DNA of 20,000 bases, from the IMG/VR virus record IMGVR_UViG_3300028800_000077; one strand, 5' to 3'. How positions within the stretch are numbered: the stretch's first letter is position 1; every line of letters begins with the position of its first letter. The stretch is from an uncultured virus (IMG/VR IMGVR_UViG_3300028800_000077). Taxonomy: Duplodnaviria; Heunggongvirae; Uroviricota; Caudoviricetes. A program made the translations under genes and the position numbers. The notes under the pieces are model-generated. The model saw nothing but the letters and a program-made list of their open reading frames with translations, did not search any database and was not told where the DNA came from. Below are positions 1 to 8,387 of this stretch, in pieces.

Positions 1-1
1 T

Positions 2-421
2 CAGGGCTGGGGCCTCGATGTGTGGGGCCGCATCGTCGTGGTGAGCCGGGCGCTCAAGGTGAACTCGCGCTATTTCGGCTTCCACGAGGGAGCGCCGGAT
101 TTCGATCCTTTCAACGTGTCCCCGTTCTTCAACGGGCAGGACACGACACAGAACTTCATCCTGTCGGACGATGCCTATCGCATCCTGATCTACGCCAAGG
201 CGCTGGCGAACATCACCTACGGCTCGATCCCCGGCATCAATCGCGTGCTGCAGCTTCTCTTTCCCGGTCGCGGCCCGTGCTACGTGACGGACGGTCAGGA
301 TATGACCATGACCTACACGTTCAATTTCCAGCCGACGCAGGTCGAGTTGGCGATCATCGAAACCTCGAATGTCTTGCCTCGCCCGACCGGCGTGGCAGTC
401 TCCTATGTGGTGAGCCCGTAG
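2..421 (+). CDS. DUF2612-type baseplate wedge protein (5' truncated)
   Basis: Frame is open from base 2 (QGWGLDVWGRIVVVSR...). LSDDAYRILIYAKALANI, DGQDMTM and terminal LPRPTGV are motifs of DUF2612 myovirus baseplate proteins. Lies directly upstream of the tail fibre. Confidence 0.85.
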   Translation, partial: QGWGLDVWGRIVVVSRALKVNSRYFGFHEGAPDFDPFNVSPFFNGQDTTQNFILSDDAYRILIYAKALANITYGSIPGINRVLQLLFPGRGPCYVTDGQDMTMTYTFNFQPTQVELAIIETSNVLPRPTGVAVSYVVSP

Positions 422-422
422 T

Positions 423-1586
423 ATGAACGCTGCAGACATCCCTACCCTGATCTCGGTGCCGTTCGCGCTCGATGCCGGCGGCGCTACCCGTTCAACGATC
501 CCGCCGACGACGGTCACGCCGGGACGCGCGTCATGGCACGTCGGATTCAGTGGCGTGAACATGGAGCCGATTGCCAGCGGCGGCATTGCGCCATTCGGGC
601 AGGACATGAACGGTGTGCTCTACTCGATGAGCGTGTGGCTGCAGTGGCTCAATGCCGGCGGCCCGCTGCCCTACAGTGCTGCCTTCTCGTCCATCGTTGG
701 CGGCTATCCGCAAGGTGCCGTGATCATGGCGGCTGGCGGCCTCGGTTGGTGGCTGTCGCTGATCGACGCCAACACGAGCGATCCCGACACGGGTGGATCG
801 AACTGGCAATTCCTCGGCTTCCAGCAAGTATGGGCCGGCGATCCGAACGGTCATGTTGCTGGCGTCGCGGCCACGGCCGCATCGTCGCCGTCGCTCTGCT
901 GGGATAGCACGGACGGCGCGTTTTGGGTGTGCACCACGACCGGCAACGCGGCGAGCGCGGTGTGGCAGAGCCAAGCCAATCTCGTGCCGGTCAATCCCAA
1001 CGTCACGGGCACGACGAAGAATTACACGCGCTCGGACTTCGGGCAGGTGCGCGTTCGCAACAACACCATCATCGGCGCGAACATGGTGGACACGCTGCCG
1101 ACGCTGGGCTCGGTCGCGAACGGTTGGTGGACTACGATCATCAACGGCGATCCGGTCTACACCGACACGGTCGGCGTTCCCACGGGGCGCAAGCTCAATG
1201 GCCTGATCAACGGCACCGTGACGCTGTCGTCCGGGCAGAGCATCACGGTGAACTGCGACGTCAATGGCGACTACTGGCTGACGGTGCCGCCGATCCCGAC
1301 GTTTTTCACCGGGCAGGCGATCTACATCACGACGAGCGGCACCTATCCGCCGGGCCTCTACGATCTCGACAGTCGCGGCGGCCCTTTCACCTTCACGATG
1401 GAATTGTTGGCCTCGAACGGCGACAACTACCAACTGCGTGATGTTGGCTTCGCGATGGGCCTCAACAATGTCACGCTCAATCCCAACGGTCGCACCATCG
1501 ACGGCATCGCCGGCAATCAGGCGTTGAACGTCAACGGGTTCGACATGGTTTACTCTTTGACCGGCACTGACTGGAGTCCGCAATGA
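423..1586 (+). CDS. Tail fibre protein
   Basis: N-terminus (PFA...TIP...AS...GF...GGIAPFGQDMNGVLY...GGYPQGA) resembles the baseplate-anchoring domain of Bcep781-like tail fibres. G/T/N-rich beta C-terminus; follows the baseplate gene. Confidence 0.8.
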   Translation: MNAADIPTLISVPFALDAGGATRSTIPPTTVTPGRASWHVGFSGVNMEPIASGGIAPFGQDMNGVLYSMSVWLQWLNAGGPLPYSAAFSSIVGGYPQGAVIMAAGGLGWWLSLIDANTSDPDTGGSNWQFLGFQQVWAGDPNGHVAGVAATAASSPSLCWDSTDGAFWVCTTTGNAASAVWQSQANLVPVNPNVTGTTKNYTRSDFGQVRVRNNTIIGANMVDTLPTLGSVANGWWTTIINGDPVYTDTVGVPTGRKLNGLINGTVTLSSGQSITVNCDVNGDYWLTVPPIPTFFTGQAIYITTSGTYPPGLYDLDSRGGPFTFTMELLASNGDNYQLRDVGFAMGLNNVTLNPNGRTIDGIAGNQALNVNGFDMVYSLTGTDWSPQ

Positions 1587-4045
1587 CCGCGCTTTCCAAT
1601 ACCATCAAGAACGGCCAGATCACGAACGTCCCGGCGGGCTATGCCGCCATCGCGGCCAACTCGCTCGTCGAGATCGGCGGCCCCGGCAACGAGGCGTGGC
1701 CCGTCGCGACTACGGACTATGCTGTCATCGGTGCTGGACCGATTGTTCCCGAGACGAAGTTCTCGTCCTACTACGTGGAATACGGCTCGTACATTCCGAT
1801 GGCGAGAGATCGGGCGGGCAACGTCTACACGCTCTTTCCGGGGGCGGGTAACGCTCAAGGGCTGCAGGTCAACAAGACGCCGCCGGCCGATGGTAGCGTG
1901 ACGCTGACGGCGCAGCTTTCGGGCGCCACCTACTTCACGTCAGCGCTCGCGCAGCTTTCCAACGGCACGTTCGTCGCCGCCTACAATGCCACCAACACAT
2001 ACTTCACGATCTTCGACGCGGGCCTGAACATCCTCGCCGGCCCAATCAATATCGGCCTCGCCTACAGTCCGTCGCCGGCTAACTATCAGTTGTTCGGACT
2101 TTGCGCCTTGTCGGGCGGCGGTTTCGCCATCGCCTTCCAGTCCAGCGCAGGCACGTCTGTCCAGTTCGCGACCTACACCAATGCCGGCGTCCAGATCGTC
2201 GCGCCGACGAACATCCAGACGCTTGCTGGGGGCACCGTTGTGTCGCTTGCGATGGCGCAGCTTTCGAGCGGCAACATCGTCGTGGCCTTCAACGGCACGG
2301 CGACGGCTGGCGGCACTGCCGGCATCAATCACGTCGTCGTCACGGTTGGCGGCGCGGCTGTCGCTGGTCCGACGAACACGGCGTCGTCTAGCGCGGCGGC
2401 TGGGCAGCTTGTCCAGATCGCCACGATGACCGGCTTCTATTCTGTTGCCGGTGCTCATGGGACTACCGCAACGTCCGGCGTCTATAGCAATGCGGGAGCC
2501 GTTCAGGGGACGCCTGCGAACATCACAATCGGAGGATCGGCGTCTGTCGCTCCCAAGTTCAAGGTACTTTCTGACGGCATCCAATTCTGGTTCCTCGGGC
2601 TGTCGTCGCCTTCAATCGTTTGCAGCAGGATTTCGACAGCCGGCGTTGTCCTCGCAACGAACTCCTCTATCGGCGGATCGACGGCGACTTACCTAAACTA
2701 CAACATGGACGCCGCTCTCGTGAACGATGTGATTATCGTTCTGCTTGTGCCGTGTTATGGGCACTCTCTTTCTTCGCCTACATATGCGTCGTGGTTGAGC
2801 ATCGGTCTGGCCGATGCGTCGCTCGGCGTCGTCGGTCCCTATCAGCGCAAGGGCATCACCGCGTTCGGTGCGGTCAACTACAATGGCACCGATTGCGTAG
2901 CGCTGGGATGCCTAAGCGGCGGTGGTGGCCTCTATACGGGAACGAGCCCGCCGACCGGGCATCCGGCAACGCCGTCCGTGGTCGGCGACTACACGGCACT
3001 TTTTGCTTATGACAACCAAGGATCGCAGGGCACGTATTTCGCCGCTTCCAAAGTGGAGTCGACGGCCGTCGTCGGCGTCGGGCAGCCTGCGCTCGCGCAA
3101 GGATTTTCCGGGCTCGCCTATTCGGTCAATGCAGGCCCCGGCTCGTACAGCGCCAATCCCGTGGCGGGCACGAACGGGCTCTACTTCAACAACGCCTATT
3201 CGACGCCGTCCGGCGGCATCGGCACGATCTACAACGACGGGATCGACATCGGCCGTGATCCGAACGTCATAAGCGGCCTACTCCCCGGCACGGCGACGCT
3301 GCCGTCGAATGGCGGCGCGTTCAAGTCGTCAATCATTCTGTTCGACACGAAGCCGGGCACGCGCAACTTCACCGTACCGGCGGGCGTCACGCGCATTCGT
3401 CCGTTCATCTGCGGCGGCGGCGCGTCGGAAGGCGGCGGCGGCGGCGGCTATTCCGAGATCGTGCTGACAGTGAAGCCGGGACAGGTTTACGCCTACACGG
3501 TCGGCAATAGCGGAAGTCCCGCCGGCCAAACTTCGGCCTTCGGCGGCATCCTCTCTGCTACAGGTGGAAATTACAACGGCGGCGTTGGCGGCGCGGGCTC
3601 GGGCGGCAGCATCAACACGAGCGGCGGCACTGGCAATGCGAGCGGCGGCGGTGGTGCCGCAGGCAATCGCTTCGGCGATGGCTTCTCGGCGGTCGGACTG
3701 GCGGGAGCGGGATGGTCATCTGCCGGCTATCTCGTCGGCGGCTCGAATTGCATCGACGGCTGGGGGCTCGGCCTACTTCCGGGCGTCCCTGCATCATACT
3801 CCGTTCTAGCCTCGTCGGGCTCCGGGTATGGCGTCGGCATTGCCGTGACGCCATCCGGCTACGGTTGCGGCGGCTCGGCCGAAAACTCGGGCACCGGCGT
3901 TTCTGGCCCCGGTGGTCCCGGTGGCGGCGGTGGCGGCGGCGGTACTCTTGGTGCGCCCGCTGGCATTGCCGGCGGCGGCGGCTACGGTGCAAGTGGCGCT
4001 GGCAGCGGTGGCGTCGGCTTTGTCGGAGTGGAGATTTTGGGATGA
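1583..4045 (+). CDS. Glycine-rich tail fibre / receptor-binding protein
   Basis: 820 aa, rich in G/A/S/T. C-terminal glycine-rich domain starts FTVPAGVTRIRPFICGGG and ends GGVGFVGVEI. ATGA overlap with the upstream gene. Confidence 0.7.
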   Translation: MTALSNTIKNGQITNVPAGYAAIAANSLVEIGGPGNEAWPVATTDYAVIGAGPIVPETKFSSYYVEYGSYIPMARDRAGNVYTLFPGAGNAQGLQVNKTPPADGSVTLTAQLSGATYFTSALAQLSNGTFVAAYNATNTYFTIFDAGLNILAGPINIGLAYSPSPANYQLFGLCALSGGGFAIAFQSSAGTSVQFATYTNAGVQIVAPTNIQTLAGGTVVSLAMAQLSSGNIVVAFNGTATAGGTAGINHVVVTVGGAAVAGPTNTASSSAAAGQLVQIATMTGFYSVAGAHGTTATSGVYSNAGAVQGTPANITIGGSASVAPKFKVLSDGIQFWFLGLSSPSIVCSRISTAGVVLATNSSIGGSTATYLNYNMDAALVNDVIIVLLVPCYGHSLSSPTYASWLSIGLADASLGVVGPYQRKGITAFGAVNYNGTDCVALGCLSGGGGLYTGTSPPTGHPATPSVVGDYTALFAYDNQGSQGTYFAASKVESTAVVGVGQPALAQGFSGLAYSVNAGPGSYSANPVAGTNGLYFNNAYSTPSGGIGTIYNDGIDIGRDPNVISGLLPGTATLPSNGGAFKSSIILFDTKPGTRNFTVPAGVTRIRPFICGGGASEGGGGGGYSEIVLTVKPGQVYAYTVGNSGSPAGQTSAFGGILSATGGNYNGGVGGAGSGGSINTSGGTGNASGGGGAAGNRFGDGFSAVGLAGAGWSSAGYLVGGSNCIDGWGLGLLPGVPASYSVLASSGSGYGVGIAVTPSGYGCGGSAENSGTGVSGPGGPGGGGGGGGTLGAPAGIAGGGGYGASGAGSGGVGFVGVEILG

Positions 4046-4209
4046 CCATGTACGCTCGCGTTGTGAACACTCTCGTTGTCGAGGTGGCCGATCAGGCCGC
4101 CTACAACACGTTCAACCCCACGGTACAGGCGATGTTCATCGTCTGCCCGGACAACGTCGAACCTTTCTGGACCTACACGCCGCCGTCGACTTGGACGCCG
4201 CCGGCCTGA
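4042..4209 (+). CDS. Small tail-fibre assembly/chaperone-like protein (55 aa)
   Basis: MTMYARVVNTLVVEV...CPDNVEPFWTY...WTPPA. ATGA overlap with the fibre stop; the YAR..N..VVE and W.Y....W.PP pattern is typical of small genes after tail fibres. Confidence 0.6.
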   Translation: MTMYARVVNTLVVEVADQAAYNTFNPTVQAMFIVCPDNVEPFWTYTPPSTWTPPA

Positions 4210-4218
4210 GCCTGTGGT

Positions 4219-4420
4219 GAGGCTGGCGCGGGTGCCGTCCCTTGGGGTGGCACCCTGATAGCCTCCCGCCCGGTCGCCCTCTGGCGGCCATCTACGTCAA
4301 TTCTGGAGCTACCTTGCGGCCCTTACCCTTCAGGGCTTGCCGGGCGGGGGTCGCGGACCCTCTGCCGCCGGGGGTGTTTGCCTTCGGCGGCAGGCGGCTC
4401 CTCTCTCAAGAACGGGGGGA
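4219..4420 (+). ncRNA. Candidate structured RNA / cis-regulatory leader of the lysis region
   Basis: Consecutive long stems with G-U pairs on the + strand: 4230-4240/4245-4255 (CUUG loop) inside 4219-4224/4260-4265; 4265-4274/4339-4348 plus 4276-4280/4332-4336; 4362-4375/4380-4393 (14 bp). No U-tracts follow them. Confidence 0.45.
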
Positions 4421-4436
4421 AGAAAGGCCAAGAGCA

Positions 4437-4727
4437 ATGGCAAACGTCAATGGAAACGGCAACGGCAACCTTGCGAACATGAGCCTGTCAGTTCGCGACA
4501 TCGTGGTGGGGGGTGTCATCGTGATCCCCATGATCATCGCGGCTGCTGTCACCTACAACACGATTGTCAGTGATGTCGGGGCTCTGAAAAGAGACGTTCA
4601 GGAAATCCGCGACCACCAAAAGCAGACATTCCGGACGCTCAATCGCATCCTGACGAGCTTGGGAGTCGAGCCGGCCGCCGATCAGGATGGCGACGCTCCG
4701 GTCATCCCGGCGGTGAAGCGCAAGTGA
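4437..4727 (+). CDS. Single-TM coiled-coil membrane protein (holin/antiholin-like), 96 aa
   Basis: ATG 4437 preceded by AAAGG. Hydrophobic IVVGGVIVIPMIIAAAVTY then a coiled coil; upstream of the endolysin. Confidence 0.6.
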   Translation: MANVNGNGNGNLANMSLSVRDIVVGGVIVIPMIIAAAVTYNTIVSDVGALKRDVQEIRDHQKQTFRTLNRILTSLGVEPAADQDGDAPVIPAVKRK

Positions 4728-4746
4728 CATGGAACGGGGGCTTTGA

Positions 4747-5130
4747 ATGCCATTCGATACCATCATCGGACTGGTAAGCGTCATTATCGCCGGCATCGTG
4801 GCGCTGGTGTCCATTCGTCAGAGCATGGTGAGACAGAACAACGATCTCACGACTAGGCTGGAGAAGCAGACAAACGATCTCGCAACTAAGCTGGAACGAC
4901 AGGTCGCCGATCTTGCGGACAAGCTGGAAAAGCACACCGCCGACATGGCGGCGCGGTTGGCGGAAAAGACAAAGAGCGATCTCGATCATCTTCGCGAGAT
5001 GATGGACTTGAAGTTCAACCTGCTGTCTGTCCTGAATGTAAAGGACAGCGCCACGCTGTTTCAGATGATCGACCGCAAGATCGAAGAATCGCGCGCAGAG
5101 CGAGCGGCAGCAGAAGGGAAGAAATCATGA
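4747..5130 (+). CDS. N-terminal TM protein with 11-residue repeat coiled coil (lysis-region membrane protein)
   Basis: TM IIGLVSVIIAGIVALVSI followed by four 11-aa repeats. ATGA overlap with the endolysin. Confidence 0.7.
   Translation: MPFDTIIGLVSVIIAGIVALVSIRQSMVRQNNDLTTRLEKQTNDLATKLERQVADLADKLEKHTADMAARLAEKTKSDLDHLREMMDLKFNLLSVLNVKDSATLFQMIDRKIEESRAERAAAEGKKS
4837..4968 (+). repeat. Four degenerate 33-bp (11-aa) tandem repeats
   Basis: NNDLTTRLEKQ / TNDLATKLERQ / VADLADKLEKH / TADMAARLAEK; DNA units share cgatct...agctgga-like sequence. Confidence 0.8.
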
Positions 5131-5852
5131 CGACGTGGATTGTTGCCTCGCCATTTGCTGATCCCGCTTTGGAGCGCGAACTAGTGTGGGTGGCGCAGAT
5201 GTTGACGGCGGCCGAGGCTACGGCGCTCAAGCTCAAGGTGTCGCCGGCCGCCATCGTAGCGCAGGCCGCGCTCGAAAGCGGCTGGGGCCAGAGCCGCGTC
5301 GGCAACTGCAACCTGTTCGGCATCAAGGCCGATCACGCTTGGACCGGCGCGAAGGTCAAGGTTCGCACGCGCGAGTTCTTGGCCGGTGAGTGGGAGGAGG
5401 AGGACGACTGGTTTCGGGATTACCCGGACTATGCCGCCTGCATCGCCGACCATCTCGCGTTCCTGAGCCAGAACGAGCGCTACCGTGATGCCGGCGTGTT
5501 CGACGGCAAAGGCGATGCGGCGTTCTTCGAGGCGCTGCAGCGCGCCGGCTACGCCACCGACCCGCACTATGCGGAGTCGCTGATCGCGATTGAGAACACG
5601 GTCATGACCTACTTCATGCCGCACCTGTCGAGCGATGGGACATCGTTCCCGCCGATCCCTCCTACGCCTCGCACCATGCTGATCGGCTGCTCAGGCGCAG
5701 ATGTGGCGGCCCTGCAGCGCAAGCTCGGTATCTCCGACGATGGCGTCTTCGGCCCGCAAACCGCGAGTGCAATCCGCGAGGCGCAGAAGTATCATGGCTT
5801 GCAAGCCGATGGCATCGTCGGCCCAGCGACGCGGGCGGCTATCGGCCTGTAA
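5127..5852 (+). CDS. Endolysin: GH73 (FlgJ-like glucosaminidase) plus C-terminal peptidoglycan-binding domain
   Basis: AQAALESGWG, NLFGIK and GYATDP motifs of GH73. DVAALQRKLG..DGVFGPQT...DGIVGPAT matches the PG_binding_1 pattern. Confidence 0.9.
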   Translation: MTTWIVASPFADPALERELVWVAQMLTAAEATALKLKVSPAAIVAQAALESGWGQSRVGNCNLFGIKADHAWTGAKVKVRTREFLAGEWEEEDDWFRDYPDYAACIADHLAFLSQNERYRDAGVFDGKGDAAFFEALQRAGYATDPHYAESLIAIENTVMTYFMPHLSSDGTSFPPIPPTPRTMLIGCSGADVAALQRKLGISDDGVFGPQTASAIREAQKYHGLQADGIVGPATRAAIGL

Positions 5853-5870
5853 GAAACGAAGGGGAACTCA

Positions 5871-6215
5871 ATGTTCAAAACGCTCATGGGCAATAACGAT
5901 CAACTTTGGGCGCAGTTGACCACGCTGTTCGCGGCAGGCGGTCCCATTGCCGCGCTGTTGTTGCAGATCGGTTTGCCGGCCGATCAGACGTCGAACTTCA
6001 TCAAGATCGTGCAGGCGCTTCTCGTCGTCATCCCGCTTGTCATCAAGATTATTCACGACCGCTCGGCCAACAGTGACCCGGCTCTGCTCAAGTCGGCCGC
6101 CACCGTGAAGGGCGCGGAAGTCTCGGTCGATACGACACGAGGAACTGAGGCGTCGCCCGCAGTCGTTGCCGCCGCGCTGGACACGAGCAACGCCATCGTG
6201 CCGAAGGTCGAGTGA
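5871..6215 (+). CDS. Putative holin-like membrane protein (2 TM)
   Basis: Hydrophobic segments LTTLFAAGGPIAALLLQIGL and IVQALLVVIPLVIKII. GAAGGGGA RBS; directly after the endolysin. Confidence 0.55.
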   Translation: MFKTLMGNNDQLWAQLTTLFAAGGPIAALLLQIGLPADQTSNFIKIVQALLVVIPLVIKIIHDRSANSDPALLKSAATVKGAEVSVDTTRGTEASPAVVAAALDTSNAIVPKVE

Positions 6216-6994
6216 TGACGGCATGGTACGGGTGCCTTCCCGACATCAAGGACCATCGTGACATCATGCTCGGCCGCATGTCGGCCGCGCCGCCGCCGCT
6301 GATCGCCGATCTCGGCCCGTGGATGCCGCCGACGATGAATCAAGGCCCCATCGGAAGCTGCACTGCGCACGGCGTCTCGGGAGCCGCGCGCTTCCACATC
6401 ATCAAGCGTGGCACCACCTACGACTTCCCGATGTCGCGCCTGCAGCTTTACTACGACAGCCGCAAGTCGGAGAACTCGGTGCGCAGCGACAGTGGCGCGC
6501 AAATCCGCGACGTGATCAAGGTGCTCTCTCAAAGGGGCGTTGGTCACGAGGACTTGTGGCCCTACGACACGGAGAAGTGGTCGCAGGAGCCGCCGGCAGA
6601 ACTCTACGATGATGCGGCGCAGTACAAGGCGCTCACCTATCGTCGAGTGAACGTCGACACTAACTCGATCAAGCTCGCTATCGCCTCGGGCTCGCCGGTC
6701 ATCGTTGGCATCTCTGTCTACGAGAGCTTCGAGAGCGGCATCGTTGAGAGGACCGGCGTCGTGCCGATGCCCGAGCATGGCGACAAGCTCGTGGGCGGAC
6801 ACTGCATGCTAGCGTTTGGCTACGGCCAGAAGCCGGGCTACTTCACCGTGCGCAACTCGTGGGGTGAAGACTGGGGCGTGAACGGGAACTGCTACATCCC
6901 CGACGCCTACCTTGGCAGTTCGGTCTATGGGTCGGACTACTGGGTGATCGACCTGTTCGGCAGCGATGCCGAGCTTGCTGGGCATGTTGCGTGA
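6212..6994 (+). CDS. Papain-like C1 family cysteine peptidase
   Basis: Catalytic motifs NQGPIGSCTAHG (Gln/Cys), GGHCML (His) and VRNSWGEDWG (Asn). N-terminal YGCLPDIKDHRD as in bacterial C1 peptidases; no signal peptide. Confidence 0.92.
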   Translation: MMTAWYGCLPDIKDHRDIMLGRMSAAPPPLIADLGPWMPPTMNQGPIGSCTAHGVSGAARFHIIKRGTTYDFPMSRLQLYYDSRKSENSVRSDSGAQIRDVIKVLSQRGVGHEDLWPYDTEKWSQEPPAELYDDAAQYKALTYRRVNVDTNSIKLAIASGSPVIVGISVYESFESGIVERTGVVPMPEHGDKLVGGHCMLAFGYGQKPGYFTVRNSWGEDWGVNGNCYIPDAYLGSSVYGSDYWVIDLFGSDAELAGHVA

Positions 6995-7392
6995 CGTTCC
7001 GCCAGTCTTGGCTCGGCGCGAAGCTCGTGCGGCGCGAAGGCTGGCATGGAGTGCCGACGATCAATCATTGGTGTCCTGCCTGCGGCGAGGTTCATGGCTT
7101 CGCCGTAGACGCTCCATTCAGCAACGGGGCGAAGTGGAGCTTCGACGGCAACATTGAAGCGCCTACGTTCGCGCCGAGCATGAACATCACGAACGGGCCG
7201 TTTCCAGTGGGATCGAGCCGGGCGGGCAAGACTGAGGTTTGCCACTACTTCCTGCGCGAGGGAAAAATCCAGTACCTCGGCGACTGCACACACGAGCTTG
7301 CCGGGCAGACCGTTCCCCTGCCTGACATCCCGGCCGAGATCGTTGGTCGGTGGACGCCCATTGAGGGAACGAAGGAGAAGGGCAATGGCTAA
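6991..7392 (+). CDS. Putative DUF6527-family Cys/His metal-binding protein
   Basis: HWCPACGEVH...WSFDGN.EAPTFAPS...CHYFLREGKIQYLGDCTHELAGQTVPLPD; family recognised from memory. GTGA overlap with the peptidase. Confidence 0.65.
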   Translation: MTFRQSWLGAKLVRREGWHGVPTINHWCPACGEVHGFAVDAPFSNGAKWSFDGNIEAPTFAPSMNITNGPFPVGSSRAGKTEVCHYFLREGKIQYLGDCTHELAGQTVPLPDIPAEIVGRWTPIEGTKEKGNG

Positions 7393-7624
7393 GACACCAG
7401 CGGAAGTGACCGGCGCGGAGATCGTCGCCGGCAAGGAGGCGCTTCACAAGTTCCTCGAAGCGAACCTGTCTTCGTGGAAGCGCTCGATGATTCCCGAGGA
7501 CATGATCGACAAGGCGATGGAGGAAGTCATCGTGGCGGTCGACGCGGCCCGCGCGCTGGCCGTCCAGCCGAACGAGCCCGAGCAGCCGCCGCAGCCCGAC
7601 GAAAACGACGGGGGCGGCACGTGA
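7385..7624 (+). CDS. Hypothetical protein (79 aa, acidic Pro-rich tail)
   Basis: ATG 7385 after AAGGAGAAGGG; MAKTPAEVTG...; overlaps both neighbours. Confidence 0.65.
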   Translation: MAKTPAEVTGAEIVAGKEALHKFLEANLSSWKRSMIPEDMIDKAMEEVIVAVDAARALAVQPNEPEQPPQPDENDGGGT

Positions 7625-7935
7625 GCCGCGTCCGCACGCTCCTCGCGGCGGTTGCGGCCATAGCGATGGGAGCGGGGCTGCCGGGCTGCGTGACGACGTC
7701 CGGCACGACACTGAATGTGCAGGACGTACAGGCCGCCGCCGTGGCCGCCTGCGCCTTCCTGCCGACCGCGACGACCGTGGCCAGCCTGATCGCGGCCAAT
7801 AATCCGGCCTTGAACACGGCCGAGGCCATTGCAGCCGCCATCTGTGCCGCCGTAACGGCCAAATCCGCCCCGCTGGGCGCGTCCGGCCCCGCCGTGGCAG
7901 GTGTGCCCATCCGTGGGCAGTTTACCCTCCAGTGA
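7621..7935 (+). CDS. Putative lipoprotein (104 aa)
   Basis: GTG 7621 in a GTGA overlap; MSRVRTLLAAVAAIAMGAGLPG-C lipobox-like signal; two further Cys; Ala-rich. Confidence 0.65.
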   Translation: MSRVRTLLAAVAAIAMGAGLPGCVTTSGTTLNVQDVQAAAVAACAFLPTATTVASLIAANNPALNTAEAIAAAICAAVTAKSAPLGASGPAVAGVPIRGQFTLQ

Positions 7936-8165
7936 ACCCGCTGGCCGCGCTGGCGCTGCTGGAAAACAGCATCAAGCTGGCGCTGGCCATAGCCGACGCC
8001 GTCCATGACGCCAAGTTGGTCGACATGGGCGCGTCGCTGGCGATCCGGGCGAGCCTGCAGGACGGGCTCAGCCGGATCGCGGCGGCGAACAAGGCGGCGG
8101 CGGCCGTCGTCGACAGCCCGGAGGCAATCGCCAATGACCCGAACAATCTGGATCGTGGCCTGTAG
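7932..8165 (+). CDS. Putative i-spanin-like (Rz-like) protein
   Basis: Hydrophobic N-terminus, Ala-rich helix, C-terminal DPNNLD; the 3' end overlaps a lipoprotein gene in another frame (Rz/Rz1 architecture). Confidence 0.5.
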   Translation: MNPLAALALLENSIKLALAIADAVHDAKLVDMGASLAIRASLQDGLSRIAAANKAAAAVVDSPEAIANDPNNLDRGL

Positions 8166-8331
8166 CCTCGGGATCGCCGGGTGCTCCACCATGGTCGCCC
8201 CGGCCGACAATGCCTCGGTGTGCGAGGCGCTGCGGCCTGACATGCCGGTGAAGTTCCACGCGACCGATTCCCCGGACACCATCGCGCGCATTCGCAGGAT
8301 CAATGCACGCTTTTCAGCCGCCTGCCCTTGA
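8134..8331 (+). CDS. Putative o-spanin (Rz1-like lipoprotein, 65 aa)
   Basis: GGAGG RBS then ATG 8134; MTRTIWIVACSLGIAG-C lipobox; C...DSPDTIARIRRINARFSAAC pattern; last gene of the lysis block. Confidence 0.65.
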   Translation: MTRTIWIVACSLGIAGCSTMVAPADNASVCEALRPDMPVKFHATDSPDTIARIRRINARFSAACP

Positions 8332-8387
8332 GCTATGATGCAGCCTTGGCGGCCCCAAAGACGCCAAGGTGTATCCTCCCTGATACG

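Noticed and set aside
3900..4020. GGC/GGT runs as a DNA repeat element
   Set aside because: Explained by the glycine-rich protein domain.
4250..4430. Hammerhead ribozyme, tRNA or cobalamin riboswitch in the structured gap
   Set aside because: CTGATAG does not fit CUGANGA, and no tRNA T-loop/cloverleaf or B12-box was recognised.
3400..4480. Diversity-generating retroelement acting on the tail fibre (structured gap, AAC-rich stretch at ~4443-4470)
   Set aside because: No reverse transcriptase in the window and no TR/VR repeat pair seen; the AAC run simply encodes NGNGNGN.
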